DNA of 64,000 nucleotides from an uncultured Methanosarcinaceae archaeon (GCA_963727895.1 CAVSHT010000006.1:32001-96000); one strand, 5' to 3'. Numbered from the stretch's first letter, positions 18,724-29,180 are shown. A program made the numbers and translations. Notes: generated from the letters alone by a model not told the origin.

Positions 18724-20088
18724 TTATTTATTGATCACTATAGACTTTATATTCACAAATTCCTTGAGCCCATAATGTGAAAGTTCTCTCCCTATTCCGG
18801 ACTTTTTGACTCCTCCGAAAGGTAATCTCGGGTCAGACCTGACCGTTCCATTTACTGCTACAAATCCTGATTTTATTCTTTTTGCCAGCTTTTCAGCTCT
18901 TTCTAAGTTTCCAGACCACACTTCGGCTCCAAGTCCAAAATCTGTGGAGTTTGCAATTTTTACTGCTTCATCATCATTCTTTACAGTGATCAACGGTGCA
19001 ATAGGGCCAAAAACCTCCACACTACAGGCTTTCATATCAAGATTGGCTGTGGGGATTATTGTCGGCCTAAAGAAAAAACCTTTTTCACATTCTTTTCCAC
19101 AAATAAGTGGTTCTGATCCTTTCATTTTTGCGTCTTGCAGTATTTTCTCGAGATCTTCAACAAATTCCTTCTTTGCAACGGGTCCTATATCGGTATCTTC
19201 ATTCATAGGGTCTCCGATTTTCAGTTTATTTACCTCGAGTTCAAATGCCTTCATAAAATTCTCAATAGCATTGTCTAGAACAATAAATCGCTTGGCAGCA
19301 ATACATCCCTGTCCTGTATTGAGAAAACGGGACTTTGCTGCAGCCTGCGCAGCTTTTTCAATATCGGCATCATCCAACACTATAAAAGGGTCTGACCCTC
19401 CCAGCTCCAGTACAAAAGGCTTGATAGTTTTCCCGGCAAGTTCTCCTATTTCAGAGCCTGCAGTTATGCTGCCAGTAAGTGAGACCCCATCAACCATCTC
19501 CTCTTCAAGTATTCTCATGGCAGTTTTTGAGTCAATTAACAGGGTTTTAAAAACATGTTCCGGAAATCCAGCTTCCAAAAAAACTTTCTCAACCTCAAGT
19601 GCTGATCTTGGCACATTTGAGGCATGTTTAAGCACACAGACATTTCCTGCACATATTGTAGGTATTGCAAACTTGAATACCTGCCAGAAAGGAAAGTTCC
19701 AGGGCATAATCCCAAGAACAATTCCTAGAGGCTCAAAAGTTACGTAACTTTTCTCACCCCCAGTGTCAACAAATTCGTCTTTCAGAAACTCAGCCGCATT
19801 TTTGACATAATAATCACATATAAAAGCGCATTTCTGAACTTCAGCTCTCGATTGCTTAATAGGTTTGCCCATTTCTTTTGTGATAATCTCTGCATAGATA
19901 TCGGTATTCGTTCGAAGTACTTCTGCAAGCCTTGCAAGATACTTTGTCCTTTCGTCAACAGGCAAAGAGTTCCATGTGGAAAAAGCAGCCCTTGATTTTT
20001 CAATATATGCCTCACATTCCTCAAAAGAAAAAGAATCATATGTCCAGTTTACTTCTTCAGTATATGGATTAATTGATTTCAATTTCAT
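18724..20088 (-). CDS. NAD(P)-dependent aldehyde dehydrogenase (succinate-semialdehyde dehydrogenase-like)
   Basis: PWNFP, LKHAS, LTGS, LELGGSDP, GQGC catalytic Cys, EVFGP, PFGGVKKSG.GRE. Confidence 0.93.
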   Translation of the reverse strand: MKLKSINPYTEEVNWTYDSFSFEECEAYIEKSRAAFSTWNSLPVDERTKYLARLAEVLRTNTDIYAEIITKEMGKPIKQSRAEVQKCAFICDYYVKNAAEFLKDEFVDTGGEKSYVTFEPLGIVLGIMPWNFPFWQVFKFAIPTICAGNVCVLKHASNVPRSALEVEKVFLEAGFPEHVFKTLLIDSKTAMRILEEEMVDGVSLTGSITAGSEIGELAGKTIKPFVLELGGSDPFIVLDDADIEKAAQAAAKSRFLNTGQGCIAAKRFIVLDNAIENFMKAFELEVNKLKIGDPMNEDTDIGPVAKKEFVEDLEKILQDAKMKGSEPLICGKECEKGFFFRPTIIPTANLDMKACSVEVFGPIAPLITVKNDDEAVKIANSTDFGLGAEVWSGNLERAEKLAKRIKSGFVAVNGTVRSDPRLPFGGVKKSGIGRELSHYGLKEFVNIKSIVINK

Positions 20089-20333
20089 ACTTTCACCTCG
20101 AACACATCAAGTTTTGTTTATTGAGTATGAAGTCTGATTGAGTTGAGACTCATGACTTTACTCCCCTGTAAAGCCATTTAATAATAGTAATTTCTGTATA
20201 ATAAACTTTGATGAGATTAATTGGATATAAAATAAAGATGCTGGGTTTTATGCCTGTTCATAAAACCCAAAAAGAAACATATCTTATTCAATGGTTTTAG
20301 CTTCAATAATCTTATTTTGTATTCTCAATTTTC

Positions 20334-20443
20334 CCGAAATTACGCATCAGATTGAAAACTCAATAATTTTTCAATTACCTGATGACTAATACTATCAAAA
20401 CTTTTAATGTAATTGATTTAGAGTCTCAATTGCATAATTCCTA
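20334..20443. repeat. Degenerate family-A inverted-repeat element
   Basis: GAAATTACGCA ... TCAATTGCATAATTCCTA. Confidence 0.4.
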
Positions 20444-20461
20444 TACTAAGTTCTATTTTTA

Positions 20462-21271
20462 TCACGATTGGACAACAAAGCCATATTTTTTCAATATTTC
20501 CTGTCCTTCTTTCCCTGTTACAAAATCGATGAATTTTTGGGCATTTTCTTTATTTTTGGAAGAATAAATCGCAGCTATCGGATATGTAACAGGTGTACTA
20601 ACAGATACGTTTGTAACTATTTTGAGAGTTCCAGGAGCTGCAATTTTTGCATCGGTTGTATATACAAATCCTGCATCCACTTCTCCTCTTCCCACATATG
20701 TGAGTACTTGTTTAACATCTCCAACAGGCACCATTTTGTTTTCAAGCTGACTCCATAATCCTGCTTCGGTAAGTGCGATACGTGCATATTTCCCTACAGG
20801 TACTGTTTCAGGGTCTCCAATGCTGATTCTCTTAACTTCGGTATTTGTCAGGTCTTTCACACCAGTGATATTAAGAGTACTGCTTTCTGGAACAATAAGC
20901 ACAAGTGAATTGTGAGCAAAATTTTTTCTTGAACTATTTACGATAAGTGATTTATTGGCAAGTGTATTCATCTGGCTCTCGTCCGCAGAGGCAAAGACAT
21001 CAACAGGAGCTCCTCCTTCAATTTGCATACGCAAATTACCTGAGCTTCCAAAATTCAGGCTTATGTCCGTTCCAGGACTTTCCTTTTCAAACTGGGAAGC
21101 AATATCTTTAACAGCATCAGTAAGGCTAGCAGCCGCAGAAACTGTTATAACTTCAGTCGTTGCATTTGGAGTTACCGCTACATTTGGAGCTTCATTTTTA
21201 TTACCAGCACATCCTATTGCAAGGAATACGCTTAACAGTATTAACAGAACTATTATTTTTCTTCTTATTAT
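20462..21271 (-). CDS. modA: Molybdate ABC transporter substrate-binding lipoprotein (solo ModA)
   Basis: SAAASL, FGSSG.L..QIE.GAP.DVFASA, P..VP.G.YA, DAGFVY.TD; lipobox AIGC. The start codon is uncertain (see findings). Confidence 0.88.
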   Translation of the reverse strand: MIRRKIIVLLILLSVFLAIGCAGNKNEAPNVAVTPNATTEVITVSAAASLTDAVKDIASQFEKESPGTDISLNFGSSGNLRMQIEGGAPVDVFASADESQMNTLANKSLIVNSSRKNFAHNSLVLIVPESSTLNITGVKDLTNTEVKRISIGDPETVPVGKYARIALTEAGLWSQLENKMVPVGDVKQVLTYVGRGEVDAGFVYTTDAKIAAPGTLKIVTNVSVSTPVTYPIAAIYSSKNKENAQKFIDFVTGKEGQEILKKYGFVVQS

Positions 21272-22006
21272 TTCCCCCCATATGATGGCCGAATGACAGA
21301 AATACAAGCTTGATTCCCCATGATACAAGCCTGTGACTAATAATGACTTATTTTGGATATAGAAATCTTCTGTGGTTGAATGATATCTCTACAGCAATAA
21401 ACCTTCAACTGTCATTAAACAGGTATTCAAAAGAGCAATAGGTGTCTTCTGAACTCAATTTACAGAAATTTGTCTATTGAATTTCAGTAAACATGGCTAT
21501 TGATGTTATTTTCTCTAGGCTGGATAGTTACTATTTTTTTGTTCGTTTTGCTTAAGAAAAAGTATTCCCTATCGATAATTTTATAAAATATCTGTTTATA
21601 TAATTATAAATGCAATATATTCCTTATTTATATGTTAAACTTTACATATCTTGAAATGGTAGAGTTCTGGCTAGTGTTGTTTTCTATATCTGGTCAATTA
21701 TAAGGGGGTTCTATCCACCATATTAAAATTTTATCCCTTACCATATTAAAAATCAATAAGTCCCTGTAACAAAAGTTACCTATAAATGCAGTATCCTTCT
21801 GCATTATGTTGGTCTTTAATTAATTAGGACTTATATACTGAGGCACACGACTAAACACAATAAAAGTTGTAGTTCAATATGCATCTTAGACAATCAAATA
21901 TATGACGGTATTGATCTCACGTTTCAGCCGTGTAAATCCTGAGTATATAATTCACCTAATAACCGGACTGTATTAAATTAATTCAGTATATACTCAGTAT
22001 ATTTAG

Positions 22007-22030
22007 CGTTGTGTTTATTTAAACATAACG
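22007..22030. promoter_or_regulatory. Candidate ModE box upstream of fmdE
   Basis: 24-bp near-perfect palindrome CGTTGTGTT-TATTTA-AACATAACG just downstream of a TATA-like element. Confidence 0.65.
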
Positions 22031-22657
22031 GTGAAACCCACGGTGGTGTACACATTGCAAAAAAATTCAGTTGAAGAAAAACACCAGATGGAAACGATTC
22101 TGAAGCAGGTAAAGGATCCCGAGCTGCTTTCACAGATCGAAAAAGTAGTTTCATTTCATGGCTTCCTAACCTCTGGGGCATTAATAGGTATTCAGATGCT
22201 CAATATTGCACGTAGAGAGCTCGATGTCAAGGATGGGGAGCGTATATATGTTACATGTGAAACGAAAAGCTGTATGCCTGACCCATTCCAGATACTTGCC
22301 GGAGCTACCATTGGAAACAGTGGGTTGAAAATACTGGATCTGGGGAAAATGGCGGTCACGGTAAACAAACAGGCACCTGAAGGAGCTAAAAACCTAAAAG
22401 GGATCCGAATTCTTCTCGACCCTGATAAGACGAAGGATTACCCGAAACTCCATGCCTGGTTCCTGAACACTGAAAAACTTCCTCATGTAGAGATTGTACC
22501 AATTCTTTTGGATGCAGGAGATAAAGTGTATTCTTGGAAATTTGTGGACCTTGAGGTTCCGGTTCGACAGAATAAGAGAATACAGTGCTGTAAAAAATGT
22601 GGTGAAATGTTTGTCCAACATGATAATGAGCTGCTGTGCGGCAGTTGTACAGAATAA
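22031..22657 (+). CDS. fmdE: Formylmethanofuran dehydrogenase subunit E
   Basis: FHG....G..IG, CET.SC..D..Q...G.T.GN, C-terminal CKKCGE...C..C. The true start may be ATG 22088. Confidence 0.9.
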   Translation: MKPTVVYTLQKNSVEEKHQMETILKQVKDPELLSQIEKVVSFHGFLTSGALIGIQMLNIARRELDVKDGERIYVTCETKSCMPDPFQILAGATIGNSGLKILDLGKMAVTVNKQAPEGAKNLKGIRILLDPDKTKDYPKLHAWFLNTEKLPHVEIVPILLDAGDKVYSWKFVDLEVPVRQNKRIQCCKKCGEMFVQHDNELLCGSCTE

Positions 22658-22675
22658 CGTTGAGAGGTAAGCAAA

Positions 22676-23716
22676 ATGCAAGAAGATATGCGATTATTTG
22701 TCTTTTCCGAAAAAAAAGACAAGCAGCTGATCTATTCTCCTGAAAAATGCATTGGCTGTGGCACCTGCGTCCAGGCATGCCCTAAAGGCATCTTGGCAGT
22801 TGGAGCTGTTGGAGCTATAACAAGAGGTTTGCTAGATGCGGATTTCTTGGAAATGAAGAAAAGTGAATCCTGCCTTGTCTGTGGAATTTGTGCGAAAGTT
22901 TGTCCCACAGGCGCTCTTGAATTGAGGCAGGAAGGAAAATCCATCACTGACATGTCCTATCTTTTTGGGGCTATGAAGCCAACGTCAGTAAATGAAAGTT
23001 GCGTCCACTGCGGTCTATGTGAAGATATCTGTCCTAGAGGGTGCATTGAAGTAACCCGTGAAATCTCAGCGGATGGGCACCTCAAGCTGGTTGGAAAGAC
23101 AAATATTGATACCGAATGTTGTATCCACTGCGGCTGGTGTGCTGCAGTTTGTCCAGTGAATGCTATTTCTGTAGAAAAACCTTTCGAGGGGCGCTGGACC
23201 AGAGATGAAAATGTCTGCCAGACCTGCCATACCTGTGTAGAAGTCTGTCCTGCAAACGCTATTTTTAATAAAAAAGCTAAACCTGGAGAAAGAGTCGAAA
23301 AGATAAGTCACCGCCCAGATGCCTGCATTTACTGTGGAGCCTGTGCAGTTGCTTGTCCAGTTAATGCTATTGATGTCAGAAAAACTGCAATTCTTCCTAA
23401 TGTGGAGAAAAAGGGCATTCTTGAAAAAAAGTTACTTGAAGCCCCTGTTCCGGAAGCTAAGCTCCGTACATGCCTGGAAACCGATGAAGCTGAATGTCTG
23501 GGCTGCGGAAACTGTGTAATTGTCTGTCCGGTGAATGCCTTTTCTGACATTGAACTTGCAGCTGGACACCTGAACAACATGGACGAAAAAGCTCTTATTG
23601 GAGTTAAAAACGGGAGAATTTCAGTCATAGATCAGGACCTCTGTGGAGCAGATGGGGCCTGCGCCATGATCTGTCCGGTTGATGCTATCAGGCTTGTAAA
23701 AAGAGAGGTGGAATAA
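22676..23716 (+). CDS. fmdF: Formylmethanofuran dehydrogenase polyferredoxin subunit F
   Basis: Eight CxxCxxCxxxCP-type motifs (the last one variant); operon position. Confidence 0.92.
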   Translation: MQEDMRLFVFSEKKDKQLIYSPEKCIGCGTCVQACPKGILAVGAVGAITRGLLDADFLEMKKSESCLVCGICAKVCPTGALELRQEGKSITDMSYLFGAMKPTSVNESCVHCGLCEDICPRGCIEVTREISADGHLKLVGKTNIDTECCIHCGWCAAVCPVNAISVEKPFEGRWTRDENVCQTCHTCVEVCPANAIFNKKAKPGERVEKISHRPDACIYCGACAVACPVNAIDVRKTAILPNVEKKGILEKKLLEAPVPEAKLRTCLETDEAECLGCGNCVIVCPVNAFSDIELAAGHLNNMDEKALIGVKNGRISVIDQDLCGADGACAMICPVDAIRLVKREVE

Positions 23717-25470
23717 TGGCAGGAACAATTGCAATTAAGAATGGATACGTCTTTGATCCCCTAAATGAGATAAATGGGGAAATTCTGGATATCTTCATCA
23801 AAGATGGAAAAGTTGTAAGGGAGCTTTCTGCAGCCGAACTAAAAGAAGCAAAGGTCATTGACGTCTCTGGTATGACGGTAATGCCTGGAGGAGTTGACTC
23901 TCACTCTCATGTTGCAGGAGCAAAGGTTAATGCCGGTAGGTCGATGCGTCCAGAAGACCATTATAAAGCAAATCTTCAAAAGACTTCACTTACTCATTCA
24001 GGCTCAGGTTACACCGTTCCTTCAGTCTACAAACAGGGATACGATTATGCAACTATGGGTTACACAACTGTCTTTGAAGCTGCAATTCCGCCTCTTGAAG
24101 CTCGCCACACTCATGAAGAAATGCGAGCAACTCCGCTTCTTGACATGGGCGGGTATCTGATACTTGGAAACAACTTCTTTTTGATGCGTTACCTCCACAA
24201 TGGAGACATAGAAAAAGCTGCGGCTTATGTAGCCTGGATGATGAAAACTCACAAAGCTTATGGAATTAAATGTGTCAATCCTGCAGGAGTCGAGAACTGG
24301 GGTTGGGGTAAAAACATCCACTCTCTTGATGAAGCCAACATCCATTTCGAAGTTACTCCGCGAGAAATAATAAAAGGGCTTAGTGAGATCAATGAAAGTC
24401 TCGGCATGCCTATACCTCTTCACCTGCATGCAAATAACCTTGGACATCCTGGTTGCTGTGGAATTACTAAAGATTCTCTCCAAATCCTCGACGGTATAAA
24501 GCCCAAGCAGAAAATGGGTGTTGAATGGGCTGAAACCAAAGTGGATCCTTTAAGGGAACGTTCTGTATACCTTGCCCACCTGATGTTCAATAGTTTTGCG
24601 GGCACTACCTGGGGAGACTGTGAATCCGGAGTAAAAGGTATTGCAGAATACATTAACAACAAAGACCATGTGGTAATCGACAGTGGATGCACGCCTTTCG
24701 GAGAAGCCACAGTTATGACAGGAGATGGACCTGCCATTCAGGATATGTACAAGCTTACCGGAAACAAATGGTCGAATACCGATGTTGAAATGGAAGGTGG
24801 GTCAGGAGTCATTCCTTTTACTTATCTCAAGTCTAACCCTGTACACAGTTTGCAGTGGGCAATGGGACTTGAATGTCTTCTACTTATTAATGATCCATGG
24901 AAGACAATTCTGACTACGGACAGTCCTAATGGTGGGCCATTTACTAAATATCCAGAGGTTATGACCTGGGTTATGTCCGAAGCTTTCAGGAAACAGACAT
25001 TCAGTGAATGTCATAAGTGGGCAAACGACAGGAGTGAACTCGGATGTCTAAACCGGGAGCTTTCTCTATATGACCTGGCGATCCTAACCAGAGCCAACCC
25101 TACCAAAACAATTGGTATGGCTCACAGGAAAGGTTCTCTTGGTGTGGGTGCAGACGGAGATGTTACAGTCTATAATCTAAATCCACAGCAGCTTGACACA
25201 AACAACTATGAGGCCCTACTTCAGGCTTTCAGAAAGGCAGAATACACCGTAAAGGGTGGAGAAATCGTGTCCGTTCAAGGAGAAATCGTTTCCTTACCTG
25301 GAAAGCGGACTTACTATTCCGAAGTACATGTAGAAAACGAGCGGGAAAAGGAAATGCTGGCTGATGTGAAAGAGTGGTTCAGGTACTATACCCTGGGCTT
25401 TGCCAACTATCCAACTCCAGAAAAGTATCTGGAAAATCCGACTCCCATACAGGTTAATGTTGAGAGGTGA
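23716..25470 (+). CDS. fmdA: Formylmethanofuran dehydrogenase subunit A (amidohydrolase)
   Basis: PGGVDSHSH, ARHTHEE, VNPAG, HLHANNLG.PG, TTDSPNGGPF..YP. Confidence 0.96.
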   Translation: MAGTIAIKNGYVFDPLNEINGEILDIFIKDGKVVRELSAAELKEAKVIDVSGMTVMPGGVDSHSHVAGAKVNAGRSMRPEDHYKANLQKTSLTHSGSGYTVPSVYKQGYDYATMGYTTVFEAAIPPLEARHTHEEMRATPLLDMGGYLILGNNFFLMRYLHNGDIEKAAAYVAWMMKTHKAYGIKCVNPAGVENWGWGKNIHSLDEANIHFEVTPREIIKGLSEINESLGMPIPLHLHANNLGHPGCCGITKDSLQILDGIKPKQKMGVEWAETKVDPLRERSVYLAHLMFNSFAGTTWGDCESGVKGIAEYINNKDHVVIDSGCTPFGEATVMTGDGPAIQDMYKLTGNKWSNTDVEMEGGSGVIPFTYLKSNPVHSLQWAMGLECLLLINDPWKTILTTDSPNGGPFTKYPEVMTWVMSEAFRKQTFSECHKWANDRSELGCLNRELSLYDLAILTRANPTKTIGMAHRKGSLGVGADGDVTVYNLNPQQLDTNNYEALLQAFRKAEYTVKGGEIVSVQGEIVSLPGKRTYYSEVHVENEREKEMLADVKEWFRYYTLGFANYPTPEKYLENPTPIQVNVER

Positions 25471-25474
25471 GATA

Positions 25475-26380
25475 ATGACAGAGGGAGTTCTTATTGATAA
25501 AAACAAAAACGACAGCAAGCTCGAAGCAGTTATAAAACCTGAATCATTCACTGGAAAAGTTTCTGGTGAAATGGCAGAAGTAATGCTTATTCCTAAAAAA
25601 GAGATTGACATTAAACTGGAAGCAGACGTTATAACTCCTGATTCTTTTGCAGGTAAAAGTGCAGAGGAAATAGGAAATCTGTCCATCTGGCAGGGACCAA
25701 AGACCTATCCAATTTCTGACTTTTTTGAAGTAATAGGTAATGGAGGTAGCACTGCAGCTGAAACCTTAATCCGCATAAAAGGTGATTCAACGAGGATTAA
25801 AAGGATCGGTGAAGGCATGAGCGCGGGAAAGATTGAAATTGAAGGTTCTGCTGGCATGCACGTAGGTACCGGTATGAAGGGAGGAGATCTCGTCGTTTAT
25901 GGAGATGCAGATTCATGGGCTGGTATGGAAATGATTGGAGGTCTTCTTCACATTAAAGGTAATGCTGGAGATCACGTGGGCTGCGCTTACAGAGGTAAAT
26001 GGCACGGCATGAAAGGTGGACGCATTGTTGTCGAAGGTTCGGCACGTCACCAGCTTGGAGGCGGCATGGACGGTGGTGAAATTCTTGTAGAAGGCAATGT
26101 TGAAAGCTTCTGTGGAATTCGCCAGAACGGTGGGCTCATCTTCGTAAAAGGCAATGCTCTTCGTGGAGTCGGTGCTGAAATGGCTGGAGGCACCATAGTT
26201 GTTGGGGGTAAAATAGAGCGCTTCTCCCCAGGTTTTGAGTTCGTGTCTATGGAAAATAGTGTCAAATCTGGTGAAGTTGAATTTATAGGCGAATTCAAGA
26301 AATTCACAGGGGATTATGCGATCAGCAAGCGAGCAAAAGGAGCGCTTTACGTGGTTGCAGATACAAACCCGGAACTCTGA
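25475..26380 (+). CDS. fmdC: Formylmethanofuran dehydrogenase subunit C
   Basis: GxxMxGG beta-helix repeats, AYRG.W.GM.GG; ATG 25475 after GAGGTGA. Confidence 0.95.
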   Translation: MTEGVLIDKNKNDSKLEAVIKPESFTGKVSGEMAEVMLIPKKEIDIKLEADVITPDSFAGKSAEEIGNLSIWQGPKTYPISDFFEVIGNGGSTAAETLIRIKGDSTRIKRIGEGMSAGKIEIEGSAGMHVGTGMKGGDLVVYGDADSWAGMEMIGGLLHIKGNAGDHVGCAYRGKWHGMKGGRIVVEGSARHQLGGGMDGGEILVEGNVESFCGIRQNGGLIFVKGNALRGVGAEMAGGTIVVGGKIERFSPGFEFVSMENSVKSGEVEFIGEFKKFTGDYAISKRAKGALYVVADTNPEL

Positions 26381-26390
26381 GGTGAGAAGT

Positions 26391-26780
26391 ATGGAAGTAG
26401 TACTCATTAGTGGAAGTACAATTGATGAAGGCAGGCTTGCTAAAGGAGGGGATAAATTTACAGACGATTACACTATGGAGTGTGCATCGTGCTGGATTTC
26501 TCCTGTAGATTTTGCATCACTTTGTTCTCCTGCTAAAGTAAAAGTAACAAGCCGGAATGGAAAACATTCAATCGTAGTTTATACAAAATGTACTGATGCA
26601 GTCCAACCAGGGCAGGTGTTTATGCCAAGGGCTATCTGGTCAAATGTTATTGTTGATCCTGATACCCTTTCTACGGGTTCTCCCCTCTATAAAGGCGCTC
26701 CAGTAACAATTGAACCCAGTGAAGGAGAGGTTCTTAGCGCCGAAGATGTAGTATTGAAAATTTATATCGGAGGGCAGTGA
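26391..26780 (+). CDS. fmdD: Formylmethanofuran dehydrogenase subunit D
   Basis: G.TIDEG, GQVFMPR..W.N....P.T...GSP.YKG..V. Confidence 0.93.
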   Translation: MEVVLISGSTIDEGRLAKGGDKFTDDYTMECASCWISPVDFASLCSPAKVKVTSRNGKHSIVVYTKCTDAVQPGQVFMPRAIWSNVIVDPDTLSTGSPLYKGAPVTIEPSEGEVLSAEDVVLKIYIGGQ

Positions 26781-28084
26781 GTATGATTTACAAAAACATA
26801 GTTTGTCCGGTCTGTGGGGCAGCTTGTGATGACATCCAGGTTGAATTCGGAGATGGGAAGATTGAAGCCAAAAACGCGTGCAAGATGGGGAATGCAAAAT
26901 TTAAGGAAGTTGTAAGTTCCCATAGGCTCAGGCAGCCTCTTATTAAGAGCGAAGGAAAACTGGCCCCTGCAGACTGGGATGAAGCTCTTGAAAGAACAGC
27001 CGATATACTTGTTTCAGCAAAACGTCCCCTGCTTTTTATGGGCAGCGAAACCTCCTGTGAAGCACATGAAATAGGGCTTAAGATCGGGGAATATCTGGGA
27101 GCAATTGTTGACTCTAATGCTACTATCTGCCACGGACCAACCGCTATGGGAATCCAGGAATCTGGAAAAGTCGGTGCAACTGAAGGGCAGAAGAAAAACA
27201 GAGCCGATCTTTTAATTTATTGGGGTACCAATCCTCTTGAATCCATGCCGAGACAGATGTCAAGATACGCTGTTTTCCCGAGAGGTTACTGGACAAAGCG
27301 CGGACGTTTCGACAGGACAGTTATAACTGTAGACCCGCGAAAAACTCCAACTGCTGCAGCTTCTGACCTGCACGTACAGCTCAAGCCAGGCTCGGATTAT
27401 GAACTGATAAGTGCACTTATGACTCTGCTCCATGGGAAAACTCCTCATCCATCTGTAGAGGAGATCACAGGAGTTCCAATTCCTGTTATGGAGGAGATGC
27501 TCAATATGATGAAGAACTGTACATTTGGAGCTATCTCAGTGGGGCTTGGACTTTCCTCATCTATAGGGAAACACAGGAATGCTGAAATTGCCATGAATTT
27601 CGTAAAGGAAATGAACAATTACTCCAAGTTCACCCTTGGAGCGCTCCGTGGTCACTGTAATGTGGCAGGTTTTAACCAGGTCGCTTCCTATATGTACGGT
27701 TACCCCTTTGGGCTTGACTTCACACGCGGGCATCCGCGTTATAATCCTGGAGAATTTACAACTGTTGATGTACTGCGAGAAAAGGATGTGGATGCAGCTT
27801 TTGTAATGTGTGCTGACCTTGTATGCCATATCCCTGCAGATTGCGCCTCTTACCTTGCTGAAATTCCGATGGCCTGCCTGGACATTGCTCCATGCCCGAC
27901 AACAGCAGCTTCAGATATTGTACTTCCTGGAGTAATTGACGCCATGGAATGCGACGGAACCTTCTACAGGCTCGATGACGTGGCTGTACACTTTGAACCG
28001 TTTACGAATTCTCCTTTCGAGTTCACAAAGAGCAACGAAGATACTCTGAAGCAGCTTTTTGAGAAAATAAAAGCAAGGAAATAA
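26777..28084 (+). CDS. fmdB: Formylmethanofuran dehydrogenase subunit B (molybdopterin catalytic subunit, Cys ligand)
   Basis: CPVCG..CDDI, C..G..KF, ATICHGP, LRGHCNV.G, GTFYRLD; no in-frame TGA. Confidence 0.96.
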   Translation: MSMIYKNIVCPVCGAACDDIQVEFGDGKIEAKNACKMGNAKFKEVVSSHRLRQPLIKSEGKLAPADWDEALERTADILVSAKRPLLFMGSETSCEAHEIGLKIGEYLGAIVDSNATICHGPTAMGIQESGKVGATEGQKKNRADLLIYWGTNPLESMPRQMSRYAVFPRGYWTKRGRFDRTVITVDPRKTPTAAASDLHVQLKPGSDYELISALMTLLHGKTPHPSVEEITGVPIPVMEEMLNMMKNCTFGAISVGLGLSSSIGKHRNAEIAMNFVKEMNNYSKFTLGALRGHCNVAGFNQVASYMYGYPFGLDFTRGHPRYNPGEFTTVDVLREKDVDAAFVMCADLVCHIPADCASYLAEIPMACLDIAPCPTTAASDIVLPGVIDAMECDGTFYRLDDVAVHFEPFTNSPFEFTKSNEDTLKQLFEKIKARK

Positions 28085-28233
28085 ATCTTTCAGGTTTTTT
28101 TCCTTTATACACTACGATGAAAAACAATATTCAAAAGAGAGAATAATTTCTCTCTAACTCTTTTTCTCAAAAATTGACGGTGGCAACTTTTAATATTTTG
28201 ATTTTTTAATACTTTTCTTAGCTCCTGCACTCT

Positions 28234-28962
28234 TTAAGTCTGAGCTATTATTACATGATACTTGTATTCGTAATACATTGACTGCACAAAAGTAGTTTCA
28301 AAGCCGTATTTAGCTGCTATATTCCTAATTTTATTCGGATTGTGGGCAAACCCAAGAATATCTCTTGGACGATTATTCAAGCTGGCAGCTGCTATAACTT
28401 TACACTCAAAACCGATTTTTTGTATAATTTTCCAGAAATTTGCATCTTGTGAGAACAGTCCTATTTTCCATAATGGATATAGTCGGGGATCCAGTATGTC
28501 AAACAATACTATTCTCCCTTTGTTATTCAGATACTTTGATGCATTAAATATAAAATTGTCAATTTCTTGCAATGTCAAATACTGCATCACTCCAGCTGCA
28601 GTTATTCGATCATAGGAAGATTCCAGCTTGTTCCAGATAGTTTTGTCATCAGCCTGGATTAACAATATATTCTCATATTTTTTTTCCCTGATTTTTTTGC
28701 TTGCTTCGTCAAGCATGGATGCGGAAAAATCAACTCCTATAAGCTGTTCATATTCTGGAGCATAGTAAGTAAGGAGTTCGCCGGCACCGCATCCAAAGTC
28801 AAGCAGTGTTTTGCCGCCGTCTAGATGGAATAGCTTTTCCCTAGCTTCCATGGAAATAAATTCCTCAGATGAAGATCTGTGACCACCGTCTCTCCTACCT
28901 GTGAAAAACTCTATCCAGAAATCCTTTTTATCAGATAGCTTTTTCTCTTTATCCCCCAACAT
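28234..28962 (-). CDS. Class I SAM-dependent methyltransferase
   Basis: LLDFGCGAG, GVDFS.SML, YDRI...GVMQY, L...GRIV. Confidence 0.88.
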   Translation of the reverse strand: MLGDKEKKLSDKKDFWIEFFTGRRDGGHRSSSEEFISMEAREKLFHLDGGKTLLDFGCGAGELLTYYAPEYEQLIGVDFSASMLDEASKKIREKKYENILLIQADDKTIWNKLESSYDRITAAGVMQYLTLQEIDNFIFNASKYLNNKGRIVLFDILDPRLYPLWKIGLFSQDANFWKIIQKIGFECKVIAAASLNNRPRDILGFAHNPNKIRNIAAKYGFETTFVQSMYYEYKYHVIIAQT

Positions 28963-29180
28963 ATTGTTTATACTCCCAGATATTCCTTTTTATAAATCTC
29001 TTATTATAATATCCCCCAAATGATTTATAATTTATAGGCTTATAAAGATTATTCTATAGCTTGAATAAAATCTTATTTTTCTTCCCAAAAACAGTATTTT
29101 AATTGTTATTTTGCTATTTTAACAGTTTATGAACATTAATTCTTATTTTTATGACTTCTATTCCTATTATATATTTATTT

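Noticed and set aside
18806..19747. Long antisense ORFs (e.g. 1194-1886, 8599-9078, 18806-19747, 53462-54022, 62177-62752)
   Set aside because: Shadows of well-supported genes on the opposite strand, with no recognisable motifs.
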